Below, one piece after another: positions 47,401 through 58,200 of a stretch of 64,000 nucleotides of DNA (position 1 is its first letter; each line of letters opens with the position of its first letter). The notes under the pieces are model-generated. The model had not been told where the DNA came from, did no database searches, and saw only the letters and a list, made by a program, of their open reading frames with translations. A program made the translations under genes and the position numbers. Source of the stretch: an uncultured Methanosarcinales archaeon (GTDB lineage Archaea > Nanobdellota > Nanobdellia > Woesearchaeales > ARS49). The stretch lies in NCBI GenBank assembly GCA_964637115.1, contig CAZWVL010000003.1, forward strand, positions 32,001 through 96,000, given 5' to 3'.

Positions 47401-47561
47401 TATTATACACCGGTTGTGCGATATTGAAAACAGTATCGACAGTAGCAGAAGCAGTAGCAGCGTGGAAAACATACCAGAAAAACAAAGATTCATTCGGCAC
47501 AGTAGGAAACAACTACTGCGATAGAATGGAAGAACTGGAAGACGAGATGGGGGAAGGATGA
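44454..47561 (+). CDS. Secreted Ig-rich protein with C-terminal Cys-rich hydrophobic helical region (1035 aa)
   Basis: Signal peptide; D..GP/D..PP Ig-domain boundaries; CLCLPG motif; ATGA overlap. Confidence 0.75.
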   Translation: MRKLCIIALFMMALIVSIPVVWAQELSIQQFNGKGSSKGVARTHDELTIEVLAKIPGEDIINESQVRLYVEDSYSNFDSCTSASGGYYKCIFHEPDFEAYEPIVFTIELRNDAEDIVGSEVKTLIVDANGPVIKDFTVEPNVTSGEVSVSYVAEDYGLNYGSTDQCAGIKQIVITAGNISVTDAGQQEVCTKDNTLQLTLTKPGKQQVCATATDHANYASAPKCTEVRVDKAPPNIEKLSILDDEGFLITHVHSGEERTATITATISDDGGVDSNEVYGNFFQLNPNLPDVIPPDLASGDLYSWTGIGVSEVSPCQLKITAKDILGNFAEKQFSCDIRADDTPPIVKGIISEANRGGVPLFGYGTPLIVELEDRDNAGGDGIGFVSKKVYLDMHELGIGSNVQADACSRYSGATWRCLWFLTPPATVQENTYHIQVLADTADDLGNTVGNVADYEIIYDNTGPYPPQVLDFKVISGEEGVEYRGGAIKGSFVQYTVRSADFTTSYANFTDIGGSAQTGATTCTPTTGNASDCIFESLVDLSGPYTSYFTFVFADDANNTARTNATLEIYGIDNETNVKYWKSPPTVTCSPYVIDRSTASLIPPIATCRVDLETPRRDITTLAIAGPTAPDECTGDIELFLNDIYVTNTVEGSTHPYVFMKLEPRDYVFNELNINCPLSVYSKRAVTAGGKTVHYVSPEPQEVPVNMTLKFHSNPLGEINANIDDEIRSAMKGGLANAAWISDLRKWLHYGELICQIKVLITNIISALFMVSIVLGITAVAVRATGVGAGAAEVPAQAAKATCTAEEGGSESYKISLGFLDSICSVINCAAVSGKGSGIEAYAGGGVPWCSNMRAYLQNLDPTGQGALDLDVKNSLVLSIICLCLPGIIYNLDKLRQIQCFKAVCLHDDVKLSGYPASFCDEMYGYMMCAFVIGELFSLFPFIAFFDKIMNMVLDLITNPVALFLTGLGWVCTQTCYTIGTQPVLYTGCAILKTVSTVAEAVAAWKTYQKNKDSFGTVGNNYCDRMEELEDEMGEG

Positions 47562-49306
47562 GAAAAATCCTCATTATTATTCTGATTGTACTCCTGGTTG
47601 GGTCGGTGATAGTTGAAGCTCAACAAACGTCATCCTCTGGAATTACTGTCACCCGTCGCGTGGAACCAGGCACACAGCCAGCAGCTGCTGCAAAACCAGG
47701 TGTAAAACCACCTACGCAGTACAATTACGTTGCTGAGAGGGACATTTCAAAAGATGAACCAGTTGTTGTAACAACAGGCGGCATTAGATACTACGAGTAC
47801 AAATTTGATACAGATATACGTAAAGGAGATACAATCGCATCACCAGATGCATTAGACACCAAAGTTCTGCAACAAATTCCTCCAGAAGTAAAAAAAGAAA
47901 CTGACAAAAACCGAGAATATACGTATACTTCTGAAACCAACACCTTCGTTTGGTCAAAAGATAAACCAAAAGACGAATATATTATTGAAACAAAGACCGA
48001 CCTCAAAGTAAGCGACGACGGCGAAAGCACAACCAGAGAAACCACACAATCAGTGTATGATAAAACACCTGAAAAAGAAAAGGGCGAATACGTTGAAGGA
48101 TCAAAGCGCACAGAAATTAAAGAAACAAAAACAGCGTCAAAAACAGATCCAAAAACAGGAAAAACAACCGAACGACAAGTGATTGCCAACGAAGGCAGAA
48201 GACTCTATGACAAGCAGGGCAATGAAATCGGAATCCTCTGGACCGGCTATTCAGCATCCGAAAAAAACCCATTGGTGAGCGAGAAAACTTCACTTACCTT
48301 TGTGGGTAAGGATGGTCATACATACTATTATGCTACCCGAGACCCGGACGGCAATCAAGTCATTATGGTAAATGAGCTGGATAAGATGAAAGAAGCCGGG
48401 TTTACAGACGAACAAATAAATCAAGCTAGAGTTGATATCGTCGCGTCAGGCGTCATTGGATTCTTGGATTCTCTAAAAGTGCTCACCTGGCAGCAAAGCC
48501 TCGGCAGATTCATGAGGGCATACTACGAATTTGCAGGATTAAGACAATTATCATCATTATTATGGCCAAGTTATGATGCGGAAGTGCAGGCAAGAAAAGC
48601 AGAAATCCAGCAAAAATTCTGCATTACAGCAGGCATAACAAACTGCGCAATCTCAAAAATATGCGGCACAATATATCCAATCGGTGCAGACAACGTCCTT
48701 GCAGGCAGAGGGCCAGGAGGCAAATTTGTATCCAGCGCCTCACTCAACGCAGAGCGCTCAATCCCAATAGAAGTAGAAGGAATGACAAGACAACAAATGA
48801 TAGACTTGTTCGGCAATGCAACAGTCATCAAAGGAGTGCTTGTAAACCTCACAGACCCGGCATTTGATCCAAGAGTACTTGGCAGGATGAAACTCAGGCT
48901 CTACCACGTGCAGTATAGCGTAACAAACAATGCAGAAGATGAAAAGGAACTCAAGTACAACCTGCACTTCAGAAGAGTTGGAGAACAATTGAACTCAAGC
49001 TATGGAAAACCAGTCTACCAGTCGCGCTGGTGGACAGACAACGCGCCAACATTATCCTATCTTGCAACCGCACGCGACCACATTTACAAGTTCAGCGCAA
49101 CAGAATATGATAATGTATGCCTGGAGTTTGACCCAAAACTGCCGTCAGGACACGCAGCATTCTCAGACATGGTCGATGAATTATGCGTGCCATTCATAGA
49201 ATACGCAGGCGGGCCAACAGAAATAACGCCAGGCGCACAAGCAGCAGCAGGAACACAGCCTGCCCCAGGAGCACCTGTTTCAAGCGTGCCAGGAGCAGCG
49301 GTATGA
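47558..49306 (+). CDS. Secreted hypothetical protein (582 aa)
   Basis: Signal peptide; K/E/T-rich beta region, central helices with C..C..IC; ATGA overlaps. Confidence 0.7.
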   Translation: MRKILIIILIVLLVGSVIVEAQQTSSSGITVTRRVEPGTQPAAAAKPGVKPPTQYNYVAERDISKDEPVVVTTGGIRYYEYKFDTDIRKGDTIASPDALDTKVLQQIPPEVKKETDKNREYTYTSETNTFVWSKDKPKDEYIIETKTDLKVSDDGESTTRETTQSVYDKTPEKEKGEYVEGSKRTEIKETKTASKTDPKTGKTTERQVIANEGRRLYDKQGNEIGILWTGYSASEKNPLVSEKTSLTFVGKDGHTYYYATRDPDGNQVIMVNELDKMKEAGFTDEQINQARVDIVASGVIGFLDSLKVLTWQQSLGRFMRAYYEFAGLRQLSSLLWPSYDAEVQARKAEIQQKFCITAGITNCAISKICGTIYPIGADNVLAGRGPGGKFVSSASLNAERSIPIEVEGMTRQQMIDLFGNATVIKGVLVNLTDPAFDPRVLGRMKLRLYHVQYSVTNNAEDEKELKYNLHFRRVGEQLNSSYGKPVYQSRWWTDNAPTLSYLATARDHIYKFSATEYDNVCLEFDPKLPSGHAAFSDMVDELCVPFIEYAGGPTEITPGAQAAAGTQPAPGAPVSSVPGAAV

Positions 49307-50184
49307 AAATTGGAACGCCAAGAATTATTGGAATTTTATTGATAATAATAGCAGCGCTTGTTTACTTCACCGGACTAAAAGGGTGGTTTGGATTGGGAAT
49401 AGCAGGACTCATTTTGCTGATAGCTTCATTAAATTACACGCAAAAAATGCTAGACCAGTTGATAGAAGCAGTCTCAGAATGGAAAACACTGTTTATCACA
49501 GCACTCTACGACGCAATCTGCTGGCTATTGATATTCGGCAGCGTATACTTCTTCCAATGGAGACTACAGGTAAAATCAGCAATAGCACAGGCAGGCACGG
49601 TACTCACCAGAGAAGCAATGGCGAGTCCACAGTTAACTGCTCAAAACGCAACCCAACTCCAAGGATTCTTCTTTTTCATCCTCACAAGCGCAATCATACT
49701 ATTGGTTTTCAGTTTCCTGGCATATTCGATCTCACGCGGATTCATCTGGACAACAATCGCCAAACAAAAAGCGGATAAAAAATTCTTCACCAGATGGCTT
49801 GGACTGAATGCAATCTGGTGGATAATCTGGACTCCAATATTCCTCATAATCATATTCGCCCTTAAAGGAAGCCCATTGACAAAAGGAGCAATCCTGTTCA
49901 TAATGATGATAGCAGCATACTTCACACCGCTAGTACAAGTTTTGTTCCTGCGGACGAGAAAAATAGGTTACAGTCTCGCAAACGGACTAGGGTGGGGATT
50001 ATCAAAACTGCATCTGCTTATAGTGCCTTATACGTACGCGTTTGTCATATACATAATAATTTACCAATTGTTCAGATTATTTCAAAACACTACAGCAATG
50101 CGGCCAGTATCAATGCTGTTTGTCGTGCTATTCATCGCGTGGCTGAGAATATACCTCTATCACATTATCAAACAATTCAAGTAA
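49303..50184 (+). CDS. Polytopic membrane protein
   Basis: Many TM helices; start moved from 49183 to ATG 49303. Confidence 0.75.
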   Translation: MKIGTPRIIGILLIIIAALVYFTGLKGWFGLGIAGLILLIASLNYTQKMLDQLIEAVSEWKTLFITALYDAICWLLIFGSVYFFQWRLQVKSAIAQAGTVLTREAMASPQLTAQNATQLQGFFFFILTSAIILLVFSFLAYSISRGFIWTTIAKQKADKKFFTRWLGLNAIWWIIWTPIFLIIIFALKGSPLTKGAILFIMMIAAYFTPLVQVLFLRTRKIGYSLANGLGWGLSKLHLLIVPYTYAFVIYIIIYQLFRLFQNTTAMRPVSMLFVVLFIAWLRIYLYHIIKQFK

Positions 50185-50185
50185 A

Positions 50186-52219
50186 ATGAACAAAAAAAAG
50201 GGGCAGATAACAATTTTCATAATCATCGGAATAATTCTATTACTCAGCATAGGAGTAGGCCTATATTTCTACCAAAAAAGAGTTACTGCACCGATCAGAA
50301 GCATAGTTGCCGTTCCCGAAGATGTCCAGCAAATCTACGATTATGTCGCAACCTGCACAAGCCAAATAGCAAAAGATGGACTGATATTACAGGGAACGCA
50401 AGGCGGCTACATCGACGTTCCACCAATAATTCAAAAAAATCCAAACGCATTCATCGCAGCAGACCCTGCAGGTATAGCAAAAACACCATTATGGTACTAT
50501 GAAGGCGAAGACAGAACACCAACATTAGAATTCCAACAACGAGAACTCGCAGTATACGTGAAACAAAATTTACCGGCCTGCGTTGGAAACTTTATGTCAT
50601 TCAAAGACCGCTTTGAAATAATTCCAAAAAGCGATATAATTCCGGTAATCACGTACACGGAAGAAGAAGTAATTGTAGAAATAAAATGGCAGCTCGATAT
50701 CAGAGTGCAAGGCAGGCCAACACAGCTGGACGCATTTGTAGTCAGCTTCCCTCTCAAATACAAAGCAATGTACGAATTAGCCAAGCAAACAATGGAAACA
50801 GAAAACAAAGAAGGATGGTTTGAAAATCTGACAATAGACCTAATGACTGCAAATTCCAAAATACCATTCTCGGGAATGGAACTAAGCTGCGGAACAAAAA
50901 CCTGGCATATACAAGAAGTGAAAAAACAAGTACAAAGAATGCTGTACTACAACCTGCCCCTTATCAGGGTAGCAAACACAAATTATCCTCCGCCACTCGC
51001 CTCACTCAGGACATATGCTAATCTTAAATCACAGGCAGCAGACATAAGAGCAGACCTTGAAAAAGACAAAGAGCCAAACTGGCCTGAAAACCCTCCGGCA
51101 GACGTGTATGAAATGAACAGAATGATGTTTGACGCAGGAGCCAAAAAAACAGACTTGAAAACGGCGTTTACGTACCTGTCAAACTGGCCGTTATTCATTA
51201 ACGCGCAGCCAAACAGCGGGGGAGTGTTAAGCACGGCAAACATGAAAGGACCGCGCAAATACCTAAGATTCCTCTGCATCAACCAATGGCACTTCACATA
51301 CGACCTGATTTATCCAGTCAAAATGCAGATAAAAGATGATAATGCGTTCAACGGCGAAGGATTCGTGTTCCAAATGGGATTCCCAGTCATAATAGAAGAC
51401 AATGAAGAAAGCAGAGTATTCTTCGGCATCAGAAGATTTGTAATCCCTGATGTAGGCACGGAATTCTGCACAAACTACGGCACGCAATCAATAGAAGTCA
51501 GAGCAAAAGGATTTGTCGAAGGAGGAATAGTAGCAGAAGAACTGGATGACGCAAACATAACATACACTTGCCTGAATAAAGAATGCCTGCTCGGCAAAAC
51601 ATACAGTGATGGCTCGGGAATAATCAGGCTAAACTCATACCTCCCAGAAGGATGCGCAAATCCTCTGCTGACTGCGCAGAAAGAAGGATACCTGCCGGCC
51701 AAAAAGTACGTGGACAAAGACTATGTGGAACTAATGATGACAAAGCTCAAACGAATGCCATACAAAATAGAAGTGCATCCATACGACTCAATCAACAAGC
51801 GCTCGATGGCAGACGTGTACTCAAAACTTCCAAAAACAATGCACGCAACAGTTACAATCAGTTTGCGCAACCAATCATTTGACCAATACAAAAGCTATCC
51901 GGCAAATGGTACGCAATTCCAAGCAGAAGGAACAACAGACCTTTCAGACATAAGCGAAGTAACAAAAGATGAAGTAGACTTTGTCTACGACGACGCACAA
52001 TATGACATCGACATACTATTGTTCAAAGGAAACACAGTGGTGGGAGGATACCACAGAGAGAATATCACAATCTCCTACGAAGATGTTGCGTCAGCAAGCG
52101 CTGTAACGTTCAAAGTCTTCGAATGGAGACCACTGCCAGAAGGCGAAAAACAGGCACAAATGTTCCTGTACTTGTATGAAACAAAACACGAGGATTTAGG
52201 ACCAAGCTTCCATGGATAA
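50186..52219 (+). CDS. Large class III signal peptide protein (module B, 677 aa)
   Basis: KKKG|QITIFIIIGIILLLSI; paralog of 42292..44457. Confidence 0.8.
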   Translation: MNKKKGQITIFIIIGIILLLSIGVGLYFYQKRVTAPIRSIVAVPEDVQQIYDYVATCTSQIAKDGLILQGTQGGYIDVPPIIQKNPNAFIAADPAGIAKTPLWYYEGEDRTPTLEFQQRELAVYVKQNLPACVGNFMSFKDRFEIIPKSDIIPVITYTEEEVIVEIKWQLDIRVQGRPTQLDAFVVSFPLKYKAMYELAKQTMETENKEGWFENLTIDLMTANSKIPFSGMELSCGTKTWHIQEVKKQVQRMLYYNLPLIRVANTNYPPPLASLRTYANLKSQAADIRADLEKDKEPNWPENPPADVYEMNRMMFDAGAKKTDLKTAFTYLSNWPLFINAQPNSGGVLSTANMKGPRKYLRFLCINQWHFTYDLIYPVKMQIKDDNAFNGEGFVFQMGFPVIIEDNEESRVFFGIRRFVIPDVGTEFCTNYGTQSIEVRAKGFVEGGIVAEELDDANITYTCLNKECLLGKTYSDGSGIIRLNSYLPEGCANPLLTAQKEGYLPAKKYVDKDYVELMMTKLKRMPYKIEVHPYDSINKRSMADVYSKLPKTMHATVTISLRNQSFDQYKSYPANGTQFQAEGTTDLSDISEVTKDEVDFVYDDAQYDIDILLFKGNTVVGGYHRENITISYEDVASASAVTFKVFEWRPLPEGEKQAQMFLYLYETKHEDLGPSFHG

Positions 52220-55200
52220 GAACACGAAAGAAGAAAAGAGGAAAGTGAATTATTTGACGCGCTCTTTGAGTGAATTTTTCTCCCCCACACTTTGTAAGGG
52301 GGAGAAAAATTCACCCCATCATAGAACTCTTGCGCGGCGGCAGCTTGGGTCAGTGGCATTATTCATGGCATTCCTCATCATCATGCTTCCAATAGTTGAT
52401 GCTCAAGCAATTGGCGACCAGCCAACAGCACAGGGAGAAGAAACAACAGTCAAACCACTGTTTGTAAACGCAACCATTCCACGATATCCGCGCACAATGA
52501 AGATAGACATTGCAGGAATTACAAAACCAGGAGCAACTATTACGATCAATATCAACGGCGCTGATGTCAAAAAAGACATCATTGATGATGGAACATTTTT
52601 GTTCAAGCAAGTCCAACTGCAGGCAAGCAACGCAATAATCATTACAGCAGAACTCGGCGGCGAAACAGCAACACAAACATACCAAGCAGACGTTGACAAT
52701 TCTCCGCCGCTCATCAATATCACGACAACACCCGTAGTAACGGCAGCAAGCTCAACAGTCAAGGTCAAGGTTTCAGAACCAGTCAATCTGACAGTGCAGG
52801 CAGGAAATCAAACAAATAAATCATACTCGCTCCAGGCAGGAAGCAACGACGTTAAAATAGAACTGCAGCCAGGCGAAAACATGGTCGGCTTTACGGCAGT
52901 TGATAGAGCCGGATTTAAATCATTCATTGAAGAAAGAATCGTTTACGACACAGGACCGCCAAGATTTGAAAAAACAAACCTGAACCAATTGTCTCCGACA
53001 TACAGGCAAGAAGTGGAAGTCAAGGGCAAACTATCAGAACCCGGCAGCGTAACAGCATTTGTCAACGGCAAACCACAAAAAACAGAAGCAACAGCTTCGG
53101 ATGGAAGTTTCTCGATAAAAGTAAAACTTGAAAGATCGCTTTCGGTAACTGCAGGCTCACAATCAGCTTCAGGAGTCACGGGAGGAGCAGTATCAATAGA
53201 ACAAGGCATCCAATGGAAAAGCAAACTAAGGCTCGAGGCAATCGACGCAGCAGGACTAAAAGCAACAACGGAAGAAGTTGAGATAGCATATTCCATCTGC
53301 GGAAGCGGCACGTGGATAGACGTCCAATTAACAGACCCAATGCCGGACATACTCAATCCAAGACTGATAATTGAAGGCATACAGCAAGTCGGCATAGGCT
53401 TCAACTACACATACAGAGGCGGCGCAAAAGCAGAAATCGATGCAAGAAGCATCAGAATAAGAACATTAATGCTTTCTCCAGAAGTCAGGAAAGAATTTGA
53501 CAACAATCTGGTGATGGTACGGGCTCCAAACGTAAGAGCTCAGCGCGCAACCAAGCCTAGCGGAGTAGGCTACATACAAGTAAACTTCAATCCTTTAGAA
53601 GACCCGTGGAGCCTGCCTGAAAAAGACGGTAAAAAAGAAGAAGCGCCTGCAAACGCAACAATGTTCGATCGTGAACAAAGAATCTCCCAACACAGAGAAG
53701 GAGACTGCATCACGCCCGGCTTTGGCTGCATGAAACTATTCCTTGAACTTGAAATTCCATTCACAGAAACAACCAGGAAAATGGCCTACGACCCGATTGT
53801 GCGCGGCACACTTGAAAAAGATGTCGTGGAGCCATTAACACAAAGAACGTGCATAGATGTCAACATTGCGATAGACAAAAGAGTTCCTCCGGATGTATTG
53901 CCATCAGGACTTTTGCGAGCATCCAGCGAATTCCTCGGGGCAGTCATACAAGGCATAGACAAAGTATTAATGCCAATCCAGACAATCGGAAAGTACTTGT
54001 TTTACACGTGTGTAGCTGGACAATTCCTGTCACTAGTTCCAATCGTTCTCGAAAAATACAACTGCGAGTTCAGAAAAGTAGCGGACGTTTTAGCAGGAGG
54101 AGAAGGCGCATTTGACCCCAATGTAGCAGCAATCAACGCCTGCGACGCAGAATATGGTGCAGGTTCAGACGCAGCAGACAACTGCAACACCTGCCATAAA
54201 TGGAAAGACTACCGCAAAAAATTTGTCAGAACATACAGACAAATCTGCGACAGAGTAATGTGCCCGGCAGCACCATCACTGCAGTATTATCTCAAAACCA
54301 GAGGCAGAGAATCACCAACAGAAGTCAAAGCAGAAAATGCAAAAGCTGATCCCGTGATTGCCCAATACGCCCAAGGCGGCAAACTCTTTGCCGGCAGCGA
54401 CTGCGCAGCATGGGTTGACGTGAACAAGCGCAAAGAAGAAAGAGGCACGAAGAAACCAGTACTTGCTCCACGATTATTCTTCACCACTGATGAAATTCAA
54501 AAAATCTATGATAACTGGCTCAAACATCAGTCAAACACTGCAGGAGAAACAGAAACAGGCGGCGTAAACTGCGCAGGACTGCACCCTGCAACACCAGAAT
54601 GCTGCGGATATGAGTATATGCAGGAATGGAGTTCAGCGTGCGGAACAAGCGCACTCGGGCAAAGCCTGGATACTTTTGACGAAATAAAAGAAAGCACCTG
54701 CCTCGCAGCACAACGATCAGGCAAGAACGAAATAGGAGGATTAGAAGGAGAATCAATACAGTGCAACAAACTGTTGAATGCAGCCAGCGGATTCTGCGAG
54801 AAAAACGGAATGCCGCCTTTGACGCCAATTAGAGTAACGACAATTGATGCGAGAAAAGCAGAGTCATTAGAACTGCAAAAATACGCAGAAAGCAACGACC
54901 TCTACATCATCGTGCAGGATAAAGGCGCGGCGAGCTCCATTTTAGGCGTAGTACCAACAGGCCAGTCACAAGGATACTCAATCAAGCTGGGCTTAATAAT
55001 AAAAACATTGGAGTTCCAAAAAAGCGACAAGCCGGAAATAATTGCAACAAGCGAACGCTCCAAGCTCACAGAAAAACTTGACGTGATAGAATATCCGGAG
55101 TATACAGCATTCCAAACATCATTCTTCAGCCAGGAACAGATAGACGTTTACAGAGAAAAAGCAGCAATTCCACCAGATTTCAAAAAAACACTCTGTGATG

Positions 55201-58200
55201 CAGCAGGCAAAAAATTCGGTCAGTGCAACATTGATGAAAAGTACATTTACGCCCAAGTAATTCAGGCCATTGGAAGCCCAGACAAAGACTACATCATCAA
55301 GCCAAACGAAGGGCTGATAAACTCAGTCAGATGCCTTTGCATCCCAACAATTGTTGGATACCTCAAATTATGGAGAGGAATAATGGGAGCAGTAAAAAGC
55401 TGCATTGACACCATACTCCTGACTGGCGACGGAGAGAATGGAATGTGCCAGGCACTCGTCAGCAGATACGTCTGCGATTTATTGTATGACGCGCTTGCCT
55501 GCTTCACGCAAAAATTCGGCACAGGACAAGGAAGAGTAGAAAAAGAAGGCGGCGGAGACATAATGGGGGCGTTAGTTTCTGCAGGAAGCGAAATGCAAAG
55601 AGAAGTGCAAGGCAGATATGGAGAAACAGGGCTTTACAAAGCAGTATTTGTCGACAGAAAATTAGTACACTCAATCTGCATGTGGGCGTTCACAGGAACG
55701 TGGAACTTCGACTTGGGAGCAATATTTGACCAAGCAATAGACGAAATCCCGATCAGCAGCCAGGCATTGCTAACACCGTGCAACAGAAGATTCGTAAGCT
55801 TCAACCCAACAACAAGACCAGGAGGACTGGTAACGTGGGTGTATCACTTCGGGTCATTCTTCGCAGCAGGAGCAGACGCAGAAATAGAATTGCACCTTGT
55901 CTGCAGCGATGATTTCACGTGCAAAGAATCAGACGGCTTTGAAAACGGCAAGTGCGACTGCCAAGGCAAAGGAAAAAGAGATATTGTTATCAGGCCGGAA
56001 AACCTTCCAACAAGAGCAAAGAAAAACCAAATCCTGAGCGAAGAAATATTCTTCACGATGCAAGCAGGCAGCGGAGAGAGCAATGTTCGATATGACAAAG
56101 CATACCTCCTCTACAGGTGGAAAGAAGCAAACAAACAGATGAAAGAAGACAAGACAGAACCCTGCTCAATTGGATTAACAGGCGGCGGTGGAAGCATGCC
56201 TGCATTCTGCAGATGGGATCCGTTCACAGTAAGCTTCAGGTGCCAGTTTGGCGAAGCGGCAGGAGGAATACGCTTCAAATCAGGAAAACCAGACTACAAA
56301 CATCCGACAGTAAAAGGCGGAGTTTTCGCACTTGACGAAAGCGTTAGTGTAGAACTGCAGATGCAGCAAGACTATCCAGGCGGAGAAAAGTACAACAAAT
56401 ACTTGCAGTACACCATACTAGGCCCAGGCAACAAAGAACTTGCCACTAACAAAGACAGAGGACTAATATTATTACAGACAAATGGCGATTACAATAAGCG
56501 ATTATCAGCAGACGGCACGCCACCAGTGCCAATAGAAATAAAACGAGAATGGTTCACAACAGTAGAAGCAGGAAAAACCTTTTCGGCCAGACAATGGGCA
56601 AAATCACCACAAAATCCAACAGGCACAGCAGCAGACAACAAAGTAATTGAAGATGTGCAATTGGTAGGACTTGTAGGAGCAGTAGCAGCACAAAAGCAGT
56701 TCGTGCTTGAGCTAACAAGACAAGGCGACAAAATAAATTATGCAGTCTACACAGCTGGCACGAACGACAAGCCAGGAGTGGGGGAAAAGGGCGGATTCTA
56801 CGTTGCAACACCAGCACTCTGCACAGGCACAATTTCTGGAACGAAAATTACGTGCACACCATCAATAGCTCCAAGACCAGGGCAACCACCACAGCCGCAA
56901 GACACTCTAACAATAACACTCAAAGCAGATCCTCTTTACCCAACAGTAGACGAACTAATCCAGCTGCACATAAACATGAACATTCCAAGAACATTAGCAG
57001 CTGACCCGTGCAAAGGAGACGTAAACAACAGGTATCAACAATCATTCAAAATGATGCTGATGGCATACGATGCAGATAATTATGGATCACCATCAGAACA
57101 AGTAGCAGTAGACCCGTATACAGGAGCGGAAGCGGTGTTTGAAATTCCATTTTATGCCATGTGCGCAACGGCAGATGAATTAAAGCCGCTGGAAGGAATA
57201 CTTGGGCCAGCAGAAATATTGGCAGGACTGAGCAAGGACATAAACGCGTGGTTAGCACCAGAAAAAGATTACAAGACCAAACTCGAAGGATTTGTCTCGC
57301 AACCACTCAAGATAGAACAAACTACGAGTGTGCAAAATCAACTCGACCAGATAATCTTTGGCGAAACGGCAAATTCAGTTGTACTCGAGAAATACAAAAC
57401 CAATCTGAAGAATATAACAGGAATGGATGCAGTAAAAGCAGCAGTTGAAGAATTATACAATATTATCAGACCTCCATTCCACGCTGAACTCGATTTGCGC
57501 AATGTTGTCGGCTTGTCAATTGATGCCAAAAATGTTATCACAAACGAGCTTAAAGGCACGCCAAACGTGACAAAAATACAGGATGCGCTCAGACCAATCA
57601 TACCAGAACTTCAGAAAGCACTCGAAGCAAAACAGAAATTACTAACTTTGCTGCCAGCAGCTGCAGGCGAAAAAGGAGCCTGCCCAAGCGGAAAACAAGT
57701 TCCAGAAAAAACAGGAGAATATTATCTCTGTGCAACATCCTTGCCATCAGACAAATGGGTTGAAGTAACGGACAGGCAATGCTACGCAGTTGAAAAACAA
57801 ACATGCTACAAATTGTCGGCTTCAAACCTCTGTTACGACAAAAACACGAATGGAGACACGTTCCACTGCGACACAGAATGCAAAGGAAACTCAGAAACAT
57901 CAAGTGAGCAACGCATTTGTCCGAAGAAAGAAGAGCCAACGTGTTGTGTAGTCAAGTCAACAATTGCGCAAAAACTCCTGCAACTGAAAAACCAAATCGG
58001 CCAGCAGCAAGGCGATGATGAAAGCTTCAGGTCAAGCATTACCACAACAAGGACAAATGAAGAATTAATTACATATCTGGTTGGAACAGGCGATATAAAT
58101 GTCCCAACACTGATATCAGAGCTGAAAGCATATGCGTCTTTGAAAAATCTTGAAAGAGAAGGGCTCTCAAGTGTTGTTGGGTCATCAGGCCTGACACCCA

